64,000 bases of DNA. Source: a virus. The stretch is taken from positions 17,217-81,216 of the IMG/VR virus record IMGVR_UViG_3300021961_000054; one strand, given 5' to 3'. Numbering within the stretch: the stretch's first letter is position 1; each line of letters opens with the position of its first letter. Position numbers and translations under genes: made by a program. Below, one piece after another: positions 49,391 through 58,915 of this stretch. The notes under the pieces were generated by a model. It was given only the letters and a program-made list of their open reading frames with translations. It had not been told where the DNA came from and searched no databases.

Positions 49391-51325
49391 ATGGAATTAA
49401 TTGGACTTTTATCTAAAGTTGTTAAAGAAAATATAACAACTAAAAAAATATTATTAGAATATCCTGAATCTACTATTAAAAAACTTGTAGATAAGTTTAT
49501 CGAACAAACTAATGATACTGAGGAAGAGATTAGGAAAACTATTGCGGATTTTGAAAGATTTAAAGCAGCATTTAATAATGAGGATAAGGATATTTTTAGA
49601 CATACATATGATAAAGTTAAAGAATTAGTTAAAGATAAAAGTGAAAAACAAAAAAGTAAGAAGAATCTAGAAGATTTAGTACAAGACTATATCACAAAAT
49701 ATAAAGGAGCGGATTTACAGTTAGTAAAACTTAATATTAAAAAATTCTTTGAACTTAAAACACATTTAAAAAACGTAAAAGAATTTAAAAAAGAAGTTAC
49801 AAGTTATAACCCATCAGAGTTAAATTCATTAGTTAATAAATACTTTACAAAATTTAACGAAGATGGATTAAATCCTTTTGTTGTTGCGATGTTTGAAAAA
49901 TTCAAGAAAGAAAATCCAGATGACGACCCACTAACAATTATATTACCTAGGGTTAAAAGATTTATTAACCATTTTGAATTAATACCACTTAACGCCAAAT
50001 TAAGTGCTTTTATGACATTTGATGAGTTTGAACATATAGTTGATGGGTACACACCAATGGAAGAAAGTGAATATGATGTGCCTGAAATTGATACAAGCGA
50101 TGTTGATATTGCGTATGAAGATGATAACGTATTAATTTTTGCACCAGATCAAAAACATAAGTGTATTAACATTAGAAAAAAACACGCACCAGATAGAAGA
50201 TGGTGTACATCATGGGAGGGTTCATCAAACTATTATTACAATTACAGACTTAATCAAAATTTAACACTATATTACATTATAAATAAAACTTTACCATCAT
50301 CTGATTTAAATTATGCATCCGTAATATTAGTTGATAGATATGGTGATATGAGACTAGCCGATGGTTCTAACTCTGGAAGATTTGCAGGATCAACAGTTAT
50401 TCCATGGAGTGAGATACTTTCTAAAATTCCGGTATTAAAAGGTAAAGAAGGTTATCTAAAAGCAAAACCATTTAGCGATAGTGACCAGGAAAAAATGCAA
50501 AGATACAAAAGCTATAATCTAAAAACCACAGACCCAATCCAAGAACTTGGAGGGGAAGAGGAAGTTGAATTATGGATTGAATTGCGAGGACCTGATTTTA
50601 GACATATTAACAATGGTGGTGAAATTTTTGGTAATTTACCAGAAGAAATGCAAAAGAAATATATTGGATTAGGAAATGAGTTATCTGCTGAGATGGTTAG
50701 AGCTTTAACACCAAGCGCAAGAACATATTATATATCTAAAAGGAAAGAAAAAATATTACAAAAGTCATTAAGTGAATTAAATGAAAATGATATGGAAGTA
50801 ATCATGAGTAGAGAGATGAGACCATATTATAAAAGTTTGAAAACTAAGTTTGAAAAAGACATCTCACAATCATTCAAACCGGACTTTGTACAAATAGCAT
50901 ATCCTAATGACCCAAATGCTAAATTTGCAAGAATGTTTGGATTAGACTTACTATTTGATTTATTACCAGAAGATGTTGAATTTCTACAGATAGAGAATAA
51001 ATCAAAAGATGATATAATTTTAACTATACCACCAACAATTGGTAAATTCACACAAATGGGGACACTTGTTTGTGAAAATATAATCAAAGAATTACCAAGT
51101 GAGGTTGGAAACTGTACTAGTTTAGCATTTTTAAATTTGACAAATAACAAGCAATTAACTACTCTTCCAGAGTCGATAGTAAAGTTAACTTGTCTTGACT
51201 TTTTATCAGTTATGGGTTCTAGTATTGATATTGAAAAACTACCAAAAGAAATATTTAAATACTTTGATCCATCTGATGTGTTTTGGGATATAAATTTCCC
51301 ATCTGAGATGAGAGGAAATTGTTAA
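49391..51325 (+). CDS. Leucine-rich repeat protein with central WCT (PcfJ-like) domain
   Basis: C-terminal IPPTIGK, ELPSEVGNCTSL..LNLTNN, LTTLPESIVKLT.L; central RWCTS...YY...LYYII. Confidence 0.7.
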   Translation: MELIGLLSKVVKENITTKKILLEYPESTIKKLVDKFIEQTNDTEEEIRKTIADFERFKAAFNNEDKDIFRHTYDKVKELVKDKSEKQKSKKNLEDLVQDYITKYKGADLQLVKLNIKKFFELKTHLKNVKEFKKEVTSYNPSELNSLVNKYFTKFNEDGLNPFVVAMFEKFKKENPDDDPLTIILPRVKRFINHFELIPLNAKLSAFMTFDEFEHIVDGYTPMEESEYDVPEIDTSDVDIAYEDDNVLIFAPDQKHKCINIRKKHAPDRRWCTSWEGSSNYYYNYRLNQNLTLYYIINKTLPSSDLNYASVILVDRYGDMRLADGSNSGRFAGSTVIPWSEILSKIPVLKGKEGYLKAKPFSDSDQEKMQRYKSYNLKTTDPIQELGGEEEVELWIELRGPDFRHINNGGEIFGNLPEEMQKKYIGLGNELSAEMVRALTPSARTYYISKRKEKILQKSLSELNENDMEVIMSREMRPYYKSLKTKFEKDISQSFKPDFVQIAYPNDPNAKFARMFGLDLLFDLLPEDVEFLQIENKSKDDIILTIPPTIGKFTQMGTLVCENIIKELPSEVGNCTSLAFLNLTNNKQLTTLPESIVKLTCLDFLSVMGSSIDIEKLPKEIFKYFDPSDVFWDINFPSEMRGNC

Positions 51326-51344
51326 ATTAAAAAAAAATAAAATT

Positions 51345-51632
51345 ATGGGGGATTTAGAGGTTGATATTTATATGAGTAATCTAATTCATTTTTTTGAAAA
51401 TAATGAAAATGATTTAATTACATTAATTGGTGAAATACAAAAAGAAAAATTTTATAATTACTTAAGGGATGAATGCGAAAATAATCTAAGGTTAGGTAAA
51501 GATGTTTCACTAACTAGAGAACAAATTATTGAAATAGTTTTAAAACTTAAATTAGGAGATATAAAATCCACAAAAACTAGCTTAAATAATATTATTATGA
51601 AAACAAAGTTTGGTGATATTATTTTAAATTAA
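51345..51632 (+). CDS. Hypothetical protein
   Basis: 95-aa ORF. Confidence 0.6.
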   Translation: MGDLEVDIYMSNLIHFFENNENDLITLIGEIQKEKFYNYLRDECENNLRLGKDVSLTREQIIEIVLKLKLGDIKSTKTSLNNIIMKTKFGDIILN

Positions 51633-51644
51633 TTTACATAAATG

Positions 51645-51675
51645 TTTGGTAATTAAAAAAAAATTACTATATTTG
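51645..51675 (+). promoter_or_regulatory. Bacteroidota primary-sigma promoter
   Basis: TTTG 51645-51648, 19-nt spacer, TATATTTG 51668-51675. Confidence 0.7.
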
Positions 51676-51699
51676 TAATGTAAATAAAATTTAAAAGAT

Positions 51700-52455
51700 A
51701 TGATTTATACACCAGAATTAATTAAAGAATTAGCACCATCAGTTTTTTCTACAACACCATCACAAAAGATGACAAACAAATATACCTTTGTTCCAACGGA
51801 CCAGGTATTGGAATTTTTTAATCGAGAAGGATGGGAGGTATCGTCCGTTAAACAAACAGGAAAAGGATTTCATTCTTTACACGAAATTAAGTTTAGAAAC
51901 AATGAACTACCTAAAGTTGGTGACACATTAGTTGAGGCTATAGTTAGAAACTCACACAATGGTGCAACAGCATTTTCTATGTCAGCAGGACTACATAGGC
52001 TAGTTTGTTCTAATGGTCTAACAGTACCAACAGCGGTAGCAGAAAAGTTCTCAATGAGACACAACCACTTCCAGCTTGACGATGTTAAGGAATTAGCCGA
52101 AAAGTTCTCAAAGAAATTACCAATGATTCAGAATTCAGTTGGTAGAATGATGGCTCGTGAAATGTCAGACGATGATAAGATTGACTTTATTCGTAAATCA
52201 GCTAAGATTAGATTTAACTTGGAAAAGACATTTAACGATCTTGAAATCTTAGACTTACTAACACCAAATAGAGTTGAGGATGAAGGAAATGACTTGTGGA
52301 GTGTTTTTAATGTAGTACAAGAGAAGTTTATTCGTGGTGGAGCAAAAGTCTCAAATAATCGAGGAAAATCCACAAAGATGAGAAAAGTTGATAGTATTTT
52401 AACACAGAATAAAATTAACACACAACTCTGGGAGTTGGCAGAAACAATGGTTTAA
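51700..52455 (+). CDS. DUF932 family protein
   Basis: APSVF...Y.FVPT, NSHNG, RLVCSNGL, DLWSVFNVVQE. Confidence 0.85.
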   Translation: MIYTPELIKELAPSVFSTTPSQKMTNKYTFVPTDQVLEFFNREGWEVSSVKQTGKGFHSLHEIKFRNNELPKVGDTLVEAIVRNSHNGATAFSMSAGLHRLVCSNGLTVPTAVAEKFSMRHNHFQLDDVKELAEKFSKKLPMIQNSVGRMMAREMSDDDKIDFIRKSAKIRFNLEKTFNDLEILDLLTPNRVEDEGNDLWSVFNVVQEKFIRGGAKVSNNRGKSTKMRKVDSILTQNKINTQLWELAETMV

Positions 52456-52456
52456 T

Positions 52457-52804
52457 ATGGATGAGGTAACCCTTTTTAGAATTGAAGAAAAATTTCTTAA
52501 ATCTCTTTTTGAAACAAAAGGGGTTACCTACTCCAAAAACAAATTGATGACAACAATAAATCTAACACCTGAAATACTTTTAGAAAAAGATTATATTTTA
52601 GAGTATTGTGATATTGCAACATACCAGGAAGGATTTTCATATTTAGAAGCAATTTTTAGGAATAAATCTGATTTTTATATATATTTATCAAAAAGAAATA
52701 CAGAAAGTATTAATTATGATATTAAAATTTACTTTGAACCAAAAGATTTTACTGAGGTTAAGTTTTTTATAAAAAAATTATTAAAATTAAATCAATGGAA
52801 ATAA
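52457..52804 (+). CDS. Hypothetical protein
   Basis: 115-aa ORF. Confidence 0.6.
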   Translation: MDEVTLFRIEEKFLKSLFETKGVTYSKNKLMTTINLTPEILLEKDYILEYCDIATYQEGFSYLEAIFRNKSDFYIYLSKRNTESINYDIKIYFEPKDFTEVKFFIKKLLKLNQWK

Positions 52805-53109
52805 ATAGTACAGAGCTACAACAACAAATTAATAGTGGTGAAAAAATTATAGTTGAATTTTGGGCACCATGGTGTGGTCCATGTCGTATGATGAAACCAG
52901 GATTTGAGAAAGTCGCTAGAGAAAACACCTCTAATGTTAAGATGTATACAATGAACATAGACGAGAATAGAGAGGCCGCGGTAGGCCTAGGGATTAGAAG
53001 TATACCAACAATAAAGATTTTTAATTCTGGTGAAACTATAGAGACAAAAGTTGGTGTGTTATCTGAACAACAAATAAATGGAATGTTAAAAGAATTGATT
53101 AATGGATAA
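52795..53109 (+). CDS. trxA: Thioredoxin
   Basis: FWAPWCGPCRMM and IRSIPT. Confidence 0.92.
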   Translation: MEINSTELQQQINSGEKIIVEFWAPWCGPCRMMKPGFEKVARENTSNVKMYTMNIDENREAAVGLGIRSIPTIKIFNSGETIETKVGVLSEQQINGMLKELING

Positions 53110-53389
53110 GGTTGCTGTTTTATTCACAATGGATGGTTGTCCTTTTTGTGTTGATTTAAAAAATATGTTAAATGAGGCTGGTATTGAGTACTATGATAGA
53201 GATATTCATAAATATGAAGATGAATACAACCTTTTTGTTGAAATAACTGAAAATGAATATGTTCCGGCCTTTATGTTGATTGAAGCCCCAGAGACAGAAG
53301 CCCCAATCACAAATTTATTTGCACCAGATCGAGACTTCCAGGATATAAATGAAGGGTTTGATATTATAAAATCATTCTTAGTTGATTAA
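53102..53389 (+). CDS. Glutaredoxin-like protein
   Basis: GCPFC active site and YVP cis-Pro motif. Confidence 0.8.
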   Translation: MDKVAVLFTMDGCPFCVDLKNMLNEAGIEYYDRDIHKYEDEYNLFVEITENEYVPAFMLIEAPETEAPITNLFAPDRDFQDINEGFDIIKSFLVD

Positions 53390-53391
53390 CA

Positions 53392-53417
53392 AAAAACCCC
53401 CTTAATTGGGGGTTTTT
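53392..53417. terminator. Bidirectional intrinsic terminator
   Basis: AAAAACCCCC-ttaatt-GGGGGTTTTT between convergent genes. Confidence 0.8.
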
Positions 53418-53420
53418 AAT

Positions 53421-54116
53421 TTAAACTAGTACTACGTGTTCTAACATATCTTGTTTTAGATATGGTTTTTCTCTATCAGGTGATAATATATCTTGTAATA
53501 AGTCATATTCATCAAGTCTACTATTAAACTCTTCTAAATCAAAGGAAAACACATCAAGAATTAATGATTTAATTTTATGTTTATTAATTTTTGAATTGGA
53601 TACAATTTTAATTTTTAAATCACCATCCTCATCTTCATTTTTTGTAAAGAAAAAATCTAAAGATTTAACACCAAGTAGACTATACATATGATTAAAAATA
53701 TAGTGTGAGTAATAAACCATAGACCTACCACAATTTAAACTATAACCATATGGAAATTCAGATGATGTAGATAACTCAAAAACCGGTTCATCTTCCTCAA
53801 TAAAGACATCCTTATTTACATTTACCCAACCTTTCTCAATATTATTTAATTCAACCTCGTATTTTATTAAATCTATTGTATTTATACGATCAATACCAAC
53901 ATCTTTTAATTCTTTATCAAACCAATTAGTAAAATCTGTTTTTATTTTTTCTAGGTCTAGTAAAGTATTTGATGTTGTAAGACCATGAATAACCATAAAT
54001 GATTCACAATCTGTAACCTGGATAATTGAGTTTTCTTTTTTATCTATTCTTGAAAGAATAAAATCGGCAAATAAATTAACAATGCCTCTTCTTGAATTTT
54101 TATTAATTTTTCTCAT
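53421..54116 (-). CDS. Degenerate S-adenosylmethionine synthetase (MetK)-like protein
   Basis: Collinear similarity to MetK N-terminal and central segments (NLFADFIL, VIHGLTTS..LDLEKI, FPYGYS..., YYSH); GHPDK, GAGDQG and GGGAFSGKD are absent. Confidence 0.5.
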   Translation of the reverse strand: MRKINKNSRRGIVNLFADFILSRIDKKENSIIQVTDCESFMVIHGLTTSNTLLDLEKIKTDFTNWFDKELKDVGIDRINTIDLIKYEVELNNIEKGWVNVNKDVFIEEDEPVFELSTSSEFPYGYSLNCGRSMVYYSHYIFNHMYSLLGVKSLDFFFTKNEDEDGDLKIKIVSNSKINKHKIKSLILDVFSFDLEEFNSRLDEYDLLQDILSPDREKPYLKQDMLEHVVLV

Positions 54117-54165
54117 ATTCTATTTTTTTATAATGAATATGATTTTTATTTCAATAACTAAATAG

Positions 54166-55173
54166 TTATTCTACGTAATCAAAAAATCGCTCATTGATTT
54201 CTTGATTAACTTTTCTAAAATCTGGATATCCTAATTTTCTAAACTTAAACTCATCTATAATACCAAACCTTTGTAAACTATTTATAAAATAAAGGTAATC
54301 GGTATAATCTGTGATACTTTCATCTGTTGACGTATCAAAAAACATTTTTAATGTGGTACCAAAAAGTTTAATTTTTATTTTAGCCATATCACCTTCCCAT
54401 CTAATATTAGGATCAAAGTATTCACTAATAGAATCTAAAACAATATCTGTCATTTCTTCATTCCAAGCCTCATTATATGAAAGTGAATATAAGTTTTCTA
54501 AGTCCCTTTGCAATTCACCAAAATAATTCATCATAATAACCTCATTAAAAAGGTCATCTTCATTATTCATAATAGCATTTATATTTTCGTGAAAACTAAA
54601 AACACCATCTTCATTTACATAATCAAGTAAAGCACTCCAAAAACCATCAGAATCTATTATATCACTCTCTGATAATGTAATACCTTTAGTTTTTTCTAAA
54701 ATAACTTTAGTTAGATATTTTTTATTTTCATTATTTAATACACTAATAACATCATCATATAAATCATTAGTTTCAACATAAAAAGGTTCATACCAGTCCT
54801 GACCAAATAAATCTGAAATAAAATCCATATTAGGACCAATAAATAAATCACGAATATCAGATAGGTATTTTAAATTTAGGTAGTAGTCATCACCTTCTTT
54901 TGTAATGTAATTACTAGCATACTGACTAAAATAGCGAACAAAGAAATCAGGACCAAACTCTTTTAAATATAAATTACATATTTTACCAAAATCCCAAAGT
55001 TCAGCCTCCTCCATTCCATAATATATTTTATATAAATTAACATCTTTTAGTCTATTTTTTTTATAGACATACCCAAATATAAAATTTTTCATACCACCAA
55101 AAATAGTATGTAACTTTTCTAAAACATCCGGGTCATTAGTGTTAATCCCATGTATAAAATAATCAATATTCAT
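54166..55173 (-). CDS. Acidic hypothetical protein (paralog of 55173..56288)
   Basis: Shares YYL.L, DLY.DVI..LN..N, SYNEA and C-terminal YPDFR.V...IN..F.DY. Confidence 0.7.
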   Translation of the reverse strand: MNIDYFIHGINTNDPDVLEKLHTIFGGMKNFIFGYVYKKNRLKDVNLYKIYYGMEEAELWDFGKICNLYLKEFGPDFFVRYFSQYASNYITKEGDDYYLNLKYLSDIRDLFIGPNMDFISDLFGQDWYEPFYVETNDLYDDVISVLNNENKKYLTKVILEKTKGITLSESDIIDSDGFWSALLDYVNEDGVFSFHENINAIMNNEDDLFNEVIMMNYFGELQRDLENLYSLSYNEAWNEEMTDIVLDSISEYFDPNIRWEGDMAKIKIKLFGTTLKMFFDTSTDESITDYTDYLYFINSLQRFGIIDEFKFRKLGYPDFRKVNQEINERFFDYVE

Positions 55174-56288
55174 TATATATAATCACCAAAATAATCATTT
55201 ATGTATTTGTCAACTAATCGATAGTCAGGATAATCAGGTATTCTAAAACTAATTTCATCAAGTACACCATCGTAAAACAAGAATCCCATCATTTCAGTAT
55301 AAGAGCCTTGATATTCTAAAGTATTATAACGTATATTCTCTTCTAGATATGATTTTACATTAGAATAAAAATCACGTATTTTAATTTTTGGATAATATCT
55401 AACCTTACCACTTGTTTGTTTAATTTCTTCCCAATCAAACTTACCAACAAAATATTCCTGTAAACCATCCATTACAAGTTCGTAACACTCACTCTCATAA
55501 GCATTATTATATGCATTATTATGAATAGAATGTAATTCAGATTTCAAATCATCTAAATCACCATTAAGAAGTTCGTCCATAGCTGATTCATCACCAATTA
55601 AATTCATAACATTACTATTTGTTATTTGAAAGGTATTTTTAGTTCCTTGTTCTTCTGAAAATTCATGAAATAAATCATCGTTATAGTCATCTAAATTTAA
55701 ATCTCTATTACCAATTTCATTAAGAATATATTTTGCAAGTCTAGCTTCATTAGCACTATTTAATTCATCAATAACATCTCTATAAACATCATCTGTTGTG
55801 TCCCACCACCGTTCAAAGAAGTCGTCTTCAGCTAAGACAGCCTTTGCTAAATCCCTAGGACTTGTTTCCCTACTATAACTCTCAAAAAAAAATGATAAAT
55901 CATCTCTACCATTAAGACTAAGATAATAACCGTCTTTTTCTACAATAACATCACTATTTAAAATAGTACTAGCAATAAAATCTAAAGTATCACTTTCATT
56001 ATTATTTAAAGACCAAAGTAAAAATCTATTTTTTACCTCATCATCCTCTAAACTATTATAATCACTAACACCACTAATAAAACCATTATCACCTAGAAAA
56101 TTTATAAGCTCAGGGTCCCTCTCCCATTCATCTGTTGGAATATAACCAATATCAACATCTTCCTGCAGGTTATATTTTGCAACAATTTTTAAGAAATTAC
56201 GTGTGGTGTTAAAGACCTGTAATATTTTTTCATATTCAGATTCCCTACCATCGTGAAATAACTCTAAAAATCTATCAAGTTTTGTCAT
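55173..56288 (-). CDS. Acidic hypothetical protein (paralog of 54166..55173)
   Basis: 371-aa ORF; TATTTAT 5 nt upstream on minus (56294-56300). Confidence 0.7.
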   Translation of the reverse strand: MTKLDRFLELFHDGRESEYEKILQVFNTTRNFLKIVAKYNLQEDVDIGYIPTDEWERDPELINFLGDNGFISGVSDYNSLEDDEVKNRFLLWSLNNNESDTLDFIASTILNSDVIVEKDGYYLSLNGRDDLSFFFESYSRETSPRDLAKAVLAEDDFFERWWDTTDDVYRDVIDELNSANEARLAKYILNEIGNRDLNLDDYNDDLFHEFSEEQGTKNTFQITNSNVMNLIGDESAMDELLNGDLDDLKSELHSIHNNAYNNAYESECYELVMDGLQEYFVGKFDWEEIKQTSGKVRYYPKIKIRDFYSNVKSYLEENIRYNTLEYQGSYTEMMGFLFYDGVLDEISFRIPDYPDYRLVDKYINDYFGDYI

Positions 56289-56301
56289 ATTCTATAAATA
56301 C

Positions 56302-56328
56302 AAAAAGGTGGGAAAAAATAACCCACCT
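56302..56328 (-). terminator. Intrinsic terminator (minus strand)
   Basis: AGGTGGG/CCCACCT stem followed by a T-run on minus, downstream of 56355..56504. Confidence 0.65.
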
Positions 56329-56354
56329 ATATGTATTCTTTAGTTAAATGAAAT

Positions 56355-56504
56355 TTATTTACTATAATACTTTTGAATAATTTTTTTAACAGATTCCTGA
56401 ACACTTTGTGTTTGAGTATTAGTACTACTAGTAGTATTTGAGGATTTAATTTGTTGTTGTGTAGTGTTATTATTGTTTCCCTTATTTTTGCAACCACATC
56501 CCAT
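56355..56504 (-). CDS. Small MGCGCK protein (49 aa)
   Basis: MGCGCKNKGNNNNTTQQQ...VKKIIQKYYSK; ATG start with TATTTAT (56535-56541) upstream and terminator downstream. Replaces track ORF 56327..56509. Confidence 0.65.
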   Translation of the reverse strand: MGCGCKNKGNNNNTTQQQIKSSNTTSSTNTQTQSVQESVKKIIQKYYSK

Positions 56505-56573
56505 AACAATTGTTTTTATTAAGTTTATTTAATTATAAATATTATGATATATTCATATTTGTAAAGTTTAAGG

Positions 56574-56580
56574 TATTTAT
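56574..56580 (+). promoter_or_regulatory. TATTTAT putative late promoter
   Basis: 6 nt before ATG 56587. Confidence 0.55.
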
Positions 56581-56586
56581 TGTTGT

Positions 56587-57888
56587 ATGAAAACAAAACT
56601 TTTAAATGTTTTATCAAGGATCATTAAAGAAGAAGTTGAAGATGTAAGAATTTCAGCTGAAGATTATATGAAACTCTTAAAAAGAGTAAATTATGCCGCT
56701 CAAGCAATTCCAAAACTACCACAGTTTAAAGGAAAACACCTTGTTGTTGTTGGTGATGTTACTCTTAGAGACAATGATAAAATAATAGATTTAGGACCAA
56801 TTACAATTGATGGTGATTTAGATGTCTCACGAACAAATATAAAATCATTAGACCACACAAAAGTAACAGGGTATAGCCGCTATTGGCAAACACCATATGA
56901 AAAAGTTGTGTATAGTAGAAGACAAGCTGCCAAAATGGAGGAGCAAAAAGAAAAAAGAAGAGATGGTGAGTGGGATATGAATAGTAATTTAGATGAAGAA
57001 GGAATAAGAGCAAATTTAGTATTCCAATTTGCAGTTGATGAAGGTCATATTGAAGAATTAGATGATGAAGAAAAAGAAAGAGTCCAAGAGATAAAAAAAG
57101 AAATAAAAAGACTAGAAGAAGATGAAGATGAAATCCAGGAAACTCAAGATGAAATTGACGAATTAGAAGATGAATTAAGCGACCTTTTAAGTGGTAAATT
57201 TGATGTATATTATTTATATCCTAGTGGTCGTTTTTATGCTATGGATGAATTTGAACTACTAGAAGATGGATCTAGATATGCAATTGGAACAGAAGATGAA
57301 GCCGAAGAGTCAATGAGAGATTATTACCAAGAATGGGTTGATTACCCTGAAAATTATTTAGATAACAATTTCCTATCATATTATATCGATGAAGAAGCCG
57401 TTGTAGATGATGCAAGATATGCTATTGAAGACTGGGTTCGAGAATCACCAGAAGATTATGGTGTTGAAAGAATAGAATTATCATCATCCCAAGAAGAAGA
57501 AATAGAAAGATTAGAAAATCAAATTAGTGAATTAGAAGAAAAGTTAGAAGAGCTAGAAGACGAAGATGAAATCCAGGAAACTCAAGATGAAATTGACCAA
57601 CTTGAAAGTGAAATACAAGATATTAAAGATTTTCCAGAAGGTGATTATAGTGAAGATGATATAGAACAAGCAATAGAAGACTACCTAAACGACAACGTAA
57701 GATATGATCCAGCTGATTGGTTAAGAGAGATGGGAAGGGATATTACTGATTATATTGATAAAGATGATTTACTAGACGCATTAGTTCGTGATGGTGATTA
57801 CGGAGACACTCTAAATTCATATGATGGAACATATGAAAGTGTTAGATATGGTAATGATTATTACATTATTATGAGAATAGACGCATAA
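56587..57888 (+). CDS. Highly acidic coiled-coil protein, possible DNA mimic
   Basis: Very D/E-rich after about aa 110; two YID-type repeats; C-terminal LNSYDG..E...YYI.R. Confidence 0.65.
   Translation: MKTKLLNVLSRIIKEEVEDVRISAEDYMKLLKRVNYAAQAIPKLPQFKGKHLVVVGDVTLRDNDKIIDLGPITIDGDLDVSRTNIKSLDHTKVTGYSRYWQTPYEKVVYSRRQAAKMEEQKEKRRDGEWDMNSNLDEEGIRANLVFQFAVDEGHIEELDDEEKERVQEIKKEIKRLEEDEDEIQETQDEIDELEDELSDLLSGKFDVYYLYPSGRFYAMDEFELLEDGSRYAIGTEDEAEESMRDYYQEWVDYPENYLDNNFLSYYIDEEAVVDDARYAIEDWVRESPEDYGVERIELSSSQEEEIERLENQISELEEKLEELEDEDEIQETQDEIDQLESEIQDIKDFPEGDYSEDDIEQAIEDYLNDNVRYDPADWLREMGRDITDYIDKDDLLDALVRDGDYGDTLNSYDGTYESVRYGNDYYIIMRIDA
57124..57597 (+). repeat. 36-bp exact intragenic direct repeat (57124-57159 and 57562-57597)
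   Basis: GAAGATGAAATCCAGGAAACTCAAGATGAAATTGAC, encoding EDEIQETQDEID twice. Confidence 0.85.
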
Positions 57889-57930
57889 ATAATATTTACA
57901 GATTATATTATATGGTTATTTTTAAATTAA

Positions 57931-58704
57931 ATGAGAAAAAAGAAAAAGATAGAATTTTTAATGGACACAGATTGGATGTTCGAAAAACCCATAGACCGGG
58001 AACACAAAGAATATAAACTACTATCTTATTTTCAAAAAATGGGCGAAAGACTCGACAATATGGAGTTATACCCAGGATTCATAGAACTTTCATTACACTT
58101 AGCAAATGCACAAACATTACTTAAGGATAAAAAAATGTTATATACTGATAAGAGGTTTAAAACACCTGATGATGAATTATTAGTAAAAGACCTTAAGTTA
58201 AAAGAACTACCACATATGTCAAATGAAGAATATTTTGAGTTTGTCAAAATATTAGGATATTCATTACCAAGACTTATGGAATATTTTAGTATTGCTAAAT
58301 CAGTATGGGAATTAGTATTTGATAGTGTACATTTAATTGTAAAAAAGAATAAAAAAAATATAACATCAATAGATGGTTTTTTTTATTTTAAAGACAAAAA
58401 GGAAAATAAAATTTATTTATGGGAATATACAGAAAAACCAGCAACAAGAGGTGCAAATGAAAATAAAATAATAACAAAACTTATTTATTGTGATGAAATA
58501 AATAAATCAACAGTCCCAAAAATAATAAGTGAGAATGTAACTAGAGAGGATAAATCAAAACTACCAGTAATTGAGATGGTAAGTAGAGGTGAATTCCCAA
58601 TTGAAGAAACATTACTACCACTTTTTAAAAGAAAGTTATTATCTTATCTATATCAAAAAAGATTAATTAAGGAAAATGAAGAAGTCGAAAATAAAGAAAG
58701 CTAA
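57931..58704 (+). CDS. Hypothetical protein
   Basis: 257-aa ORF. Confidence 0.65.
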   Translation: MRKKKKIEFLMDTDWMFEKPIDREHKEYKLLSYFQKMGERLDNMELYPGFIELSLHLANAQTLLKDKKMLYTDKRFKTPDDELLVKDLKLKELPHMSNEEYFEFVKILGYSLPRLMEYFSIAKSVWELVFDSVHLIVKKNKKNITSIDGFFYFKDKKENKIYLWEYTEKPATRGANENKIITKLIYCDEINKSTVPKIISENVTREDKSKLPVIEMVSRGEFPIEETLLPLFKRKLLSYLYQKRLIKENEEVENKES

Positions 58705-58915
58705 AGAACAAGTCGACCACCCAAAACATTATGGTGGTGAAGACAATACATATGAAGCAATAAAAGTAATTGACGCCTGGGATTTAAACTTTTCTTTGGG
58801 TAATACAGTAAAGTATATATCAAGAGCTGGTAAAAAAGATAAAGAAAAAGAAATCGAAGATTTAGAAAAAGCTTTATGGTATTTAGAGCACCATATTAAT
58901 AAATTAAAAGATTAA
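58676..58915 (+). CDS. DUF3310 (SaV-like) protein
   Basis: VDHPKHY...EAI......F.LGN.VKYI.RAGKK...EDLEKA.WYL. Confidence 0.85.
   Translation: MKKSKIKKAKEQVDHPKHYGGEDNTYEAIKVIDAWDLNFSLGNTVKYISRAGKKDKEKEIEDLEKALWYLEHHINKLKD

Noticed and set aside
56327-56509. Track ORF of 60 aa on the minus strand
   Set aside because: TTG start and it runs into the terminator; the overlapping ATG-initiated MGCGCK frame (56355-56504) fits the promoter and terminator better.
57124-57597. Repeat pair as a DGR template/variable region
   Set aside because: The copies are identical with no adenine-specific mismatches, both are in frame in one gene, and there is no reverse transcriptase in the window.
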